Below, piece after piece: positions 39,277 to 50,750 of a DNA stretch of 64,000 bases. A program made the position numbers and the translations under genes. Under the pieces are notes generated by a model, which saw only the letters and a program-made list of their open reading frames with translations, did no database searches and had not been told where the DNA came from. Each line of letters begins with the position of its first letter. Within the stretch, counting starts at the first letter, position 1. Origin of the DNA: Octopus sinensis (Eukaryota); contig NC_043026.1 of NCBI RefSeq assembly GCF_006345805.1, positions 7,502,001 through 7,566,000 on the forward strand, read 5' to 3'.

Positions 39277-39645
39277 TCACGCTGTATAACACGACACTCA
39301 ACCAATCAATCTTTTCTATGTCACACTGTGTAACACAACACTCAACCAATCAATATTTTCTATGTCACACTGTGTAACACAACACTCAACCAATCAATAT
39401 TTTCTATGTCACACTGTGTAACACAACACTCAACCAATCAATCTTTTCTATGTCACACTGTGTAACACAACACTCAACCAATCAATATTTTCTATGTCAC
39501 ACTGTGTAACACGACACTCAACCAATCAATATTTTCTATGTCACACTGTGTAACACGACACTCAACCAATCAATATTTTCTATGTCACACTGTGTAACAC
39601 AACACTCAACCAATCAATATATTCTATGTCACACTGTGTAACACA
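39277..39645. repeat. 44-bp minisatellite, about 8 copies
   Basis: tcacactgtg recurs at 39321, 39365, 39409, 39453, 39497, 39541, 39585 and 39629. Confidence 0.95.
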
Positions 39646-40036
39646 ATACAACCTTTGGCCAGAGAAGCAACCAGCGCCCTCTTTGGATTTATGTTAAATA
39701 TTAACTGGTATTTCAAATCCTCCCATACCAACCACCACTCAACCAACCAATTAACCACAGCAGGTTTCTGTTTGAACCCAATTATGTGTGAGCATACTTT
39801 ATATATAAATAGAAATATATATCTACATATATACACACACACATGCACACATATGCATATATGTATAAGATATTCATACATATAGATATATATATATATA
39901 TATATAGGTATATAGGTATATAGATAGATAGAGAGAGAGAGATGGATAGATATTGATATTGGTATACATAGATACACACACATATATATATATGTGTGCA
40001 CACACATTAAAAGCTGAAAAACTCTTCCACATATGT

Positions 40037-40068
<32 letters not shown>

Positions 40069-41291
40069 CTATATGCACACACACACACCTATATACATGG
40101 TAACAGAGAGTCAGTAGGTTCAGTTTGGAATAATGGTCAGATGACGATCACAAGATGCTACACACATACACACACACACACACATGTATGTGTGTAGACA
40201 TATTTACACACATGCACTCCCATGTATATATATATACATACATACTGACACATACACACACATATGAAACACAAATGCACATTACCTAAACACACACACA
40301 CACACATCTAGGACATGATAACAATACCAAGAGAGAGGAAGGGGGAGGAGAGAGAGAGGAGGAAGAGGAAGAAAGGAAGAGAGAGACAAAGAGAGAGAGA
40401 TATAGAGAGAGGGAGGAAGGGAGAGAGGTGGAGGAGAAACAGAAGGGAGAGATAGGAAGAGAGACAGTGAGAGATAGAGAGTGACAGAGAGAGAGAGAGA
40501 GAAAGAAAAAGTGAAGGGGCTCACCACCTGCCTCATTCTTCACCCAAAGAGAAAGGAAGGGTCCCCCCCCCGCCTACCCAGCCTCACCATACCCATGCAC
40601 TACCCTCTCCCCCACCGCACCCGCACCCACAACCCTGCCCATACCCAGAGAGATGTAAGGGATCCTCTAATGGGTCCTATGAAGGCCATGTGTTTGATAA
40701 AAAGGTTTTCTTTCTCACCCACCCTGCACCCCGCACCTCCACCCCGCACCCCCTTCTATTGTACTTTGAATCTCTGGTGAGGGAATTACAGGGAAGTGAT
40801 AGGGACTTCCTCCTCGGCACCCCACCCCCCAACTGCCCCTTTCAACCTTACCCCCAGCAAGAGGGGGGAACTGCCTCTATCTGTCTGTTTATTTCCTTCA
40901 CACACACCCACCTACCTCTCTCTCTTTCTATGCTTCTGTGTATATGTGTGTGTCTAAGTATCTGTATATATGTGTATCAGTACCCGGGTAATAGAGTACC
41001 TGTAGCTAAACAGCAACAGCAGCAGCAACAACATGGGAATCGCTTTATGGCCATTCAATTTGCTGAAAATAACAGTCAATGTTCTGTTTGGCTGCTACTT
41101 CTCAATTTCTTCAATTTTATTCCAATTGATTTCGTATTTGTTGTATTAATGTAGTTTTGCATGGTAATCATGGACATGAAATTTATTTTTACCAGAATGT
41201 AGCAGCAGACAAACTGCCACTGAGCATTTCATCCAGTGTGCTAATAATCATGCCAGCTTGCCGCCTTTGGTAGTAGTAGTAGCAGTAGTAA

Positions 41292-41332
<41 letters not shown>

Positions 41333-41544
41333 ATGGTTTCAAATTTTGTCTCATGGGCAGACTTTTGGAGGAAGGGATTAAGTCAATTACATCAACCCTA
41401 GAGTTTCACTGGTACTAAATTTATTGACCACTAAAAGGATGAAAGGCAAAGTCAACCTCAGCGGAATTTGAACTCAGAACATAAGGATGAGTGAAATGTC
41501 ATGAAGCATTTTGGCCAGTGTGCTAACAATCCTGCCAGCTCACC

Positions 41545-41576
<32 letters not shown>

Positions 41577-42044
41577 TGATGATGATGATGATGATGATGA
41601 TGGTGATGGTGGTGGTGGTGGTGGTGGTGGTGGTGGTGGTGGTACTACTACTACTACTACTACTACCACCAAAACCAACAGGGCTGTGGCTGCTGCTGCT
41701 ACTACTGCTACTACTACTACCACTAGAAGAACAAGACCTAAATAACTCAGCCCAAGCCTTCCGCCACCACAACCATCATCTCACCCACTGTTGTGATATA
41801 TTTCTGTCTTCATGTCTATGTATACAATCACCAGCATCATCATCATCATAATCATTACCATTGTCCATTGCTACCACCAGCGTCCTCCCCGCCACCAGAA
41901 ACGCACCCATCCCCATGGTCTGTTTGATCATTGATTCATCTGGATTCTTTATTGCCTGATCAATGACCCCAGGCAGACACACAACATTCACACACACACA
42001 CACACACACACACATATTTATAGAAATGCATACATTCATATATA

Positions 42045-42090
<46 letters not shown>

Positions 42091-42779
42091 TGTATAGATA
42101 TATACATATATATACATGTATATAAACATGCATAGAAAATGCATACATACATACTTACATACATATATACATACACACATACATACATACATACATACAT
42201 ACACACACACTTACATACATACATACATACATACATTCATACATACATTCATACACACATACACACACAATTAATACACACACTCATACATACATACATA
42301 TATATACACACATACACACACATACATTAACACACACACTCATACATACATACATACATACATTCATACATACATACTCACACATACATTAACACACACA
42401 CATGCATACATACATTCATACATACATACACACACACAAGTACACACACATATATATATACATACATGCACAAACACACACACACACACACCCAAACAAA
42501 ACTGACTTTCTGATGTAAAATAAAATTTATCATAATGTTGTTAAGATGGAAAAAACACCCACCCAAATCTGTGTTGACCCCTAAATATACCACACTGACC
42601 TCAACCAGGATTGATCCATCAGTGTAGCTATAACTAACGAGCTACTATCGACTGGTCTGACCTTTTAACTTTTCAAAACAAAAACAAAATTAGATTAAAA
42701 CTCTTTTGAATGATTAATCGAGGAGGCTGCATGGATGCTGGATTTGCTAGAAATAGCAGCCAACAACTGTGTTATGGAG

Positions 42780-43322
42780 AGCACATTTAGTGATGTTGTC
42801 CTAGGTAGATTGTATCTGAATGAAATATGGAATTATCATGACAGGGACATCGTTGATCATAGGTCTGTTGGATCAAGACTGACCTGGGGCTAAACAGGCA
42901 AGGACACATAAGATAATGTAGTCCTAGATACATTTATGTCTGAATAAAACATTGGAGAGTAATGACTGGGACATATTTGATCATAGGTCCGTTGGATCAG
43001 GACTGGCCTAGGGCTAAACAACAAGACAGTGTAGTCCTAGATATACTGTGTCTGAATAAAAGATAGGATGGTCATTGCTGGAACATCTTTGATCATAGGT
43101 CTTCTGAATCAGGACTGACCTGGGGCTAAACACCAACAGCATGTATAGTCACATTAGATAATGTAGTCCTAGATACATTTATGTCTGAATAAAGGATGAA
43201 ATGATCATGACTGAAAAATTTTTCATCATAGGTCCATTGGATCAGAACTGACCTAGGGCTAAACACTAACAGCATGTATAGTCACATTAGATAATGTAGT
43301 CCTAGATACATTTATGTCTGAA
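42780..43322 (+). repeat. Dispersed and tandem module of about 120 bp (4-5 copies here)
   Basis: Unit acattagataatgtagtcctagataca...tgatcataggtc...ggatcaggactgacctggggctaaaca. Also at 22545-22775+, 31005-31207+ and 38500-38780-. Confidence 0.85.
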
Positions 43323-44213
43323 CCCAACCACAAGAAAGACTTCTTTAGCAAGGGCTGAGTGCTCCTCAGTGTCTGTCACATTCGAAGTTCCGGTACCTTT
43401 GGTTTCCTGTCAACCATCCATTTATCCCATCTTGCCAGCTGTTAGTTTTGTGGAGGAATCTAGTCTCACAATTAGACAACCAAATATTTTTGATATTAAT
43501 TTCTAATTGGTTGAGTATTCCATAGACACTGGTACTGTTTCTTCTTTTAAATTATCTTGGGCTTTATCAGGAATGGATTGCAGCTGTCAGTTACAAATAC
43601 ATTTTATCTTGTGTACATTTCATTAAAAGCACACCTTTTGTCTGAGTATTCCTCAGACAAAGGTGTGCCTTTAATGAAATTCTCAGACAGAGTCAATGAC
43701 TTACAGTGTGTGTGTGTCTATGAGTGTGTGTGTTTGTTATATGTCTGTGTATTTGTATGTGTGTGCATGAGCATGTGTGAGTGTGTGACTGTGAGTTTGT
43801 TTGTTGGAGTATTTGTGTGTGTTTGTGCATGTGTGTGTTGGTATGAGTGTGCAGGAGTGTGTGACTATGTATGCATGTGAGTGTGTGTATGTGTTTGCAT
43901 ATTTGCGTGTGTGCTTGAACATGTGTGTGAACATGCATCAGTGTATAACTTTGAGTGTGTGTGTGTGTGTGTGTAAGTTGGAATGTTTTGAATTACTGGT
44001 ACAAAGGGGACAGCAATAAGAGTGAGACAAAGAGAAAAAGGGGGAAAAGAGAGGAAGAAAGAGAGGAAGACAGAGAGAGGGATGGAAGTGATAAAGCCAC
44101 AGAGAGTGGTGCATGGTTGGTGTTGTGTAACAAGATGTCCCCATTGTGAATAGGGGTAGACAACAGGTATGGTAGGGGGTGCCACAGTCTGTAGAAAACT
44201 TCAAAAACCTTAC

Positions 44214-44535
44214 CTGCACCAAAGGCAAAGAAGAAACTCTGTTTCGGGTGCGTCTGTATTAAATCGACCACCCGTGTGGCCATCCTCTCGTTCCGTTTGT
44301 GTATGAGCTCATTGCGGAAGTAGCTGTCGATGGTCTTGGCTGTTTGCAGCTCATGCGGAGGCAAAGATGCATTGACCAGGCTGGGGAACTGCGACGTGTC
44401 CTGGTTGAATATGATGGAGTTGAGGTCACCGCAGTTATACTGCTGCACCAAGTGGTCAGTGGTGTAGGGCATGGCGACCTTGTTCTTGCGGTAAGTCTCA
44501 TGTTGACGCAGAGTTTGGTTCAGGGCAAATAACAC
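44214..44535 (-). CDS. TRABD2: Tiki/TRABD2 metalloprotease internal exon (322 bp, phase 0 to 1), TraB/PrgY domain
   Basis: Translates [107 protein letters not shown](G). This has the Tiki motifs VxFALNQTL, YNCGDL, KRNERM and FFFAFGAG. Acceptor ttccag|GTG, donor GCAG|gtaagg. Confidence 0.96.
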
Positions 44536-47459
44536 CTGGAAGTAACAAACAAATCAATAAATGAATACATAACAACAACAACAACAACAATGATAATTTA
44601 AAAATTTAGCACAAGGCCAGCAATTTTGAGGAACTGGTAAGATAATTACATCACTGCCCCCCCCCATCCCTCAGTGCTCAACTGTTACATATTTTATCGA
44701 TCTTGAAAGGATGAAAGGTAAAGGCAACCTCAGCTGGTCCTTATTTAATTGACCCTAGAAGGATAAAAGGCAAAGTCGACCTTGGTAGAATTTGAACTCA
44801 GAATGTAAAGACAGATGAAATGATGCTAAGTGTTTTGTCCAGTGTGCTAACGATTCTGCCAGCTTGCCACCTTAATAATAACAACAACAATAATAATAAT
44901 AACAATGATAATAATCATAATAATAATAATCGCGATAATAATGATGATGAGGGTAATGATGATGATGATGATGAGGATCATATTAATGGCTTCTGATTTC
45001 AGGCCATGGGAAGCAATTTTAAGGAGAGGCAGATAACCGATTACGTCAACCCCCAAATCTCAAATAGTAAATATTTCCTCAACCCTCAAAAGGATGGGAA
45101 GCAAAGTCGAGTCCAGAGGGGATTTTTCAGCTCAGAAGGAAAAGAGCCCATCTTATGCATACATGATGATGATGACGACGACAATGGTGATGATGATGAT
45201 GATGGTGATGATGATGACGATGGTGATAGTGATGATGAGGATGATGATGAAGATAGTGATGATGATGATGACGACGACGACGATGGTGATGATGATGATG
45301 ATGATGGTGATGATGAGGATGAAGATAGCGATGATGATGATGGTGATGATGATGATGACGACGACGATGGTGATGGTGATGATGATGAGGATGATGATGA
45401 CGACGATGATGGTGATGGTGTTGATGATGATGACGATGGTGATGATGATGGTGATGATGATGATGAAGATAGCGATGATGATGATGATAGTAATGACGAC
45501 GACAATGGTGATGATGATGATGATATATATGTAAATATTCGTATTTATATATATATATAGATTGTTTTTTATTAATGTTTAGCAGAAGCAAGGTGGTAAA
45601 TCTGCAAGAATCGTTAAGATGCCAGGTAAAATGCTGCTTTGCGTCAGCATTCCGTCCGTCTTCACGTTCTTGAGTTCAAACTCATCCTTTCAGGGTTGTA
45701 CTGCCTGAACTCTGGGCTTGATGCAATCGACTTAGCTGCTCCCTTGAAATTGCTGGCTTTGTGCCAAAGTTTGAAACGAAGGAAACAGTGAACCAGCAGG
45801 GCTGTCATCAGTCTGGGCAAAAAGTTGGATGGAATTTCATCTGGCTTCATGTTCTGAGTTCAAATTTTGCTGAGGTTGACTTTTCCTTTCATCTTTTTGG
45901 TGGGGATCGATAAAATTAGTACCAGTTGTACACTGGGATTAATGGGAAAATTATTATTCAGTAACAGTACTCTAGAGTAAAGATTATTTGCCAACATAAT
46001 GTGGCAGTCCTGGTTAGGATGATTGTTACTGTTATTTAGTCTCCAGCTGGCTATACAACACATAATCTGTTTGAAAATATAAGGGGGTGCTCCAGCATGG
46101 CTGCAGTCATGTGACTGAAAGAAGTAAAAGAAAAACAGAATATCTACTCATGTTCTGAGGGCTATATTTCCTGTGTGCATCACCAAAACCTGTATGTATG
46201 TATATATATAGATATATATATATATATATAGATAATACAATTGTATATATATATATATATAGTTAATCCAAACAAGAAAGCCACAAAACAAAACAACACG
46301 CGAGGACGTGAACAAATATAGTATTATTGGACGCTCAGGAGAAGGAAGGGGGTTTAACGTTTCGAGCGGAGCTCTTCGTCGGAAACATAGGAGAAGGAAA
46401 GATCCAGAGAAAGGAAGACAGGGGGAAAAAAAATCGCCAACAGTACACACGCGGTCACATTTTATATATATATATATATATAATATATATATATATAGTA
46501 TATATATATATATATATATATAGATAGATAGATAGATATATGCATGTCTATAATAAAGTAAATACATACATATATATATATGTATATATACACAGACACA
46601 CACACACATATATATGTTACGCTGGGTGTATCTTACAGAAACAGAGGTGAAAAGTGAGCGGAGGGTTTGCTTCTCAAGATAGAAGTTATATGTCAATCAG
46701 TTTGAGAGACAGTGGGCTGATGGGTGGGGGAGATCAGGGAAGGACAGAGAGTGTTGGTGATGGTGAGGGGTGGAGTGGTGTGGTTTGTGTGTCTGAGTGT
46801 TTGGTAAAACCATCAACCAGCTCACCACAATTCCACCCCACCCCCACCCTGCAGCACAGTTATCTGCCTCACTCTGGAGACAGGGTGTCTTGTCTGTGCA
46901 CCCTAGGCTTCACAGTCAAAGCACCTGCTGTGGGGGTGAGTGAATTGAGGGTGGTGGTGGTGGAGCGGAACCTGGGGACTGTTTATGCCCCCCCCTGCCT
47001 CACTCACTCACAAAACTTCCAAGAGAGAACTTTAGGTCAGGCACTTGTTGTTTTCAGACACAGTTAATGCCTTGCCACGCCTCTTTCTCTGTAGCTTTGT
47101 GTGTGTGTGTGTGTGTGCAGTGAATGTATATGTAAATATGGACACAAACATACAGACACAGACACACAGATACACACACACACAGACACACACTCGCACA
47201 TACACAAACACGCACACACATACACACACACAGGCACAAACAAACACGCACACACAACTATTGATATACATATATATATATATATATATATATGTATACA
47301 TATATATATATATATATATATAAGTTCAGCAACAATTTAGATTCAAATGAATATGGTACTTAATTTAGATGCACCAGAATTTTGTATGGTTTTACCCATA
47401 AAAATATGTGGGGTGATTATAATAAAAAAATAATAAGCAACAAGAATGGATCCGGTAAT

Positions 47460-47545
47460 TTAGTACAATTGTTTCATACTACAACATTTTATTAAAAGCT
47501 GTAAATATTACAGCAGATTTAATATGTCGAGTAATCTTCAGCTAA
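47460..47545 (-). ncRNA. Type I hammerhead ribozyme motif with long stem II
   Basis: Minus strand reads ttag-CTGAAGA-ttactcgacat..gctgtaa..ttacagc..atgttgtagtat-GAAAC-aatt-GTA-ctaa. Palindromic stem III acaattgt. Confidence 0.72.
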
Positions 47546-47574
47546 TTTCATATAGGTTTTCCAATAATATAAAG

Positions 47575-47614
<40 letters not shown>

Positions 47615-49164
47615 AGAAAATCACATTAATGACTTTTATCACGTTGTCAGGGCAGCGAACTCGTGGTCGGAGGATCACGGTTTCGATTCCCAGACCAGGC
47701 GTTGTGAGAGTTTATTGAGCAAAAACACCTAAAGCTCCACGAGGCTCCGGCAGGGGGTGGTGGCGATCCCTGCTGTACTCTTTCGCCACAACTTTCTCTC
47801 ACTCTTTCTTCTGTTGGCTTGCTCACTTAGCTAGCGGGGTGGCATCACTTGAAGGCTAAAACAATGCAAAGCGCATTGTGACCAGCGATGTGTAGCAACA
47901 TCTGAAAAAATTCTAGCTGTTAAAAAACACTAACAAAAGGAAAGACCAAACCAAATTTAACTTGAGAGACATTCATTCATTTAATCAAGAGTGACGTCAT
48001 TGAATAATTAATTTAGTTTCATCATCATCATCATCATCGTTTAGCGTCCGCTTTCCATGCTGGCATGGGTTGGACGGTGCAACTGGGGTCTGGGAAGCCA
48101 GAAGGCTGCACCAGGCCCAGTCTGATCTGGCAATGTTTTTACAGCTGGATGCCCTTCCTAACGCCAACCACTCCATGAGTGTAGTGGGTGCTTTTTACGT
48201 GCCACCTGCACAGGTGCCAGACAAGTCTGGCAAACGGCCACAGTCGGATGGTGCTTTTTACGTGCCACCGGCACGGGGACCAGGCGAGGCAGGCAACGGC
48301 CACGATCGGATGGTGCTTTTTACGTGCCACCGGCATGGAAGCCAGTCAGGGCGGCACTGACAACGGCCATGTTCGAATGGTTCTCTTATGTGCCACCAGC
48401 ACCGTTTATAAAAATAAAATATGAAATTCCAAACTAATTCCACATTTTTTCACAATTATAAATCTACAAAAACAAAAACAACCTAATGTAGAAAACGAGT
48501 GTTTGTCCCCTAAAACTGATGACGTCACTGGATATCTAAAAAACAAAAACAACAGACAAGAATGAATGCTTCGTTATGCTTAATTGATAACTTAAAGAAT
48601 CAATCTATGCATAATAATTCTATGTGACGCTTTATAGAAACTTACATACTTTACGTTGCATTAATTAATTACTTATTTGTTTATTTAATATAATTAACCC
48701 TTTGATAGGAGTTGAACATATTTTATAATAACTGAAGAATATTCTAGAACACAGACAACCAACGAGCATCTCACTGGGTAATTAGAAAATAAAAATGCAG
48801 AAAAGACAACCAAATATCTATTTATTCATTGTAATAATCTCTTATAAATGAATTAACCTTGTATATAATAATTAAAAATTATTATAATTAGTAATAATAA
48901 TATATACAATTATTAATGACTACGTTAGATAACTAAAGAATGAAAATAATGGATTAGATAATTAGATGCCTATTTATCTTTATATTATACCCTTTTATAG
49001 GAATTAAGATTATTATATGATAATTGAAAAATTACTAATAATTAATAATATACACAATTCTTGATGATCTCAGTGGATAATTAACAGAATTATGCTTAAT
49101 CGAAACTTAAATACTTTGCATTGCTATAATTAATTACTTACTCATTATATTAAGCACTTTAATT

Positions 49165-49660
49165 TTTTGTGTAATGAGATAAAAAAACCAAGGCAGTGTA
49201 GATATTAGAACACTTATAGATAGGTCTCACAGCTGTTACCAGGATATTTATTAATTATATCCCTTCATCAGTGAGGGTGTGAGAAGATGGTTAAGTAATA
49301 ATTAATTTAGATGGGAAACAAAACAGAGAGTGCAGTGGAGGATATTGAATTTGTAGATGCATTTTTTAGGTAGAATGGTATATATATATATATATATATG
49401 GAATCTTACACATATACCATTCTGCCTTAAAAAAATGGATCTACAAATGCAATATCCCTACATATCGCACATCTATTTTCTTTTATTTCTTCCACCTCAC
49501 TCTCTATTTTATATCTTATCTAAATTAACTATTGCTTAACCATTCTCTCACACCGTCTCCGATGAAGAGATATAATATATATCCTGGAAACAGCTGTAAG
49601 ACCTATTTAAATGTTCTAAATCTTCACAGCCTTGGTTTTTTTTTATCTCATTACAAAATA
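49165..49660. mobile_element. Fold-back element of about 500 bp with degenerate hammerhead motifs in both arms (Penelope-like inverted termini)
   Basis: Arms 49169-49312 and 49518-49657 are reverse complements and pairing continues inward. The + arm has gtct-CCGATGA...GAAAC-agct-GTA-agac (49555-49602). The - arm has CTGATGA...ggtaac-agct-gtg-agac. A truncated relative lies near 581-650. Confidence 0.65.
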
Positions 49661-50104
49661 AATTATATATTATATATATATATATAATATATATATATAT
49701 AATTATATGGTATGTGTATGTAGATGCATATGTATATGTATATAATATATATTATGCATTGTGTGTATATATATATATATGCATGTGTGTATATATATAA
49801 CGGGAAGCTTTATGAAATAACAAAAATACGAAGGCAGGTGGAAAACAAACGAACAATTGTATAGTATGGCGCTCAGGAAATATAAATAAAACAAGTCTTT
49901 AACGTTTTGAGCCTACGCTCTTCAACAGAAAGATACACAGAGAGAGAAAAACACAGAAAGAAGGAGAGAAAAAAATGCGTGCAGTAGCTAACGAATCAAC
50001 ATGGCGATCTGATTTCGGCGGCCAGGAGGTCAAAGATCAAACATGTACGCGAGAGCGAAATAAGGGGAGATAATAGGTTGATAACGGGTTGAGGGACCAG
50101 CTAA

Positions 50105-50448
50105 TAGTGCGTAGGAGGGGTCTGGATGTGTGTATGTATAGGGTTGGTGTATGTATTAGTATGTATAGTGTGTGTGTGTGTTTGTGTGGTGTGTGTATGA
50201 GAGAGTATTAGTGCGTAGGATTGGTCTGGACGTGCGTATGTATGGGGTTGGTGTATATGTACTAGTATGTCTTAGTATGTATTAGTACGTATTGGTATGT
50301 ATAAGTGTGTGTGTGTGTGTGTATGAGAGATAGTATAAGTGCGTATGCGGGGTCTGGACGTGTGTATGTATAGGGTGGGTGTATGTATGTAGTAACTAGT
50401 ATGTATTAGTACGTATTAGTATGTATTAGTTGGTGTGTGTATTAGTAT
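50105..50448. repeat. Three degenerate tandem units of about 105-130 bp
   Basis: agtgcgta...ggtctgga(c/t)gtg(t/c)gtatgtat..gg...ggtgtat recurs near 50106, 50210 and 50338. Confidence 0.75.
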
Positions 50449-50629
50449 GGACAATCATTGTGATGTGATGTGTAAAGTCATGTGGTGTAGTGAGGAGAAG
50501 AGGGGGAGGGGGAGAAGAGGGGATGTGTGTGTATATATATATATATTATACACATGCATATATATGTGTGTATATATGTTTATATATGTGTGTGTGTGTG
50601 TGCGTTTGTACACATATGGGTGCAGGTGT

Positions 50630-50750
50630 TGCTGTGTAGCAAGAAGTTTCCAGTCGCAATGGCTGCTGTGCATGACTGTGGCTTTGAACGGGTTGATCAG
50701 CATCCCTGTCCTCCTTATTTGGTCGCATCTGAGCATCATCTGTTCCGGGA
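50630..50750 (+). mobile_element. Mariner transposase fragment
   Basis: VAMAAVHDCGFERVDQHPCPPYLVASEHHLF resembles a decayed mariner ...CGFELVDHPPYSPDLAPSDYHLF segment. Confidence 0.7.

Noticed and set aside
39277-39645. CRISPR-like regular array (also 25745-26466)
   Set aside because: There are no unique spacers and no cas genes, and the context is eukaryotic; these are tandem repeats.
45006-45560. 184-aa poly-Asp ORF
   Set aside because: It is a SINE fragment plus a (GAT)n tract, antisense within the Tiki intron.
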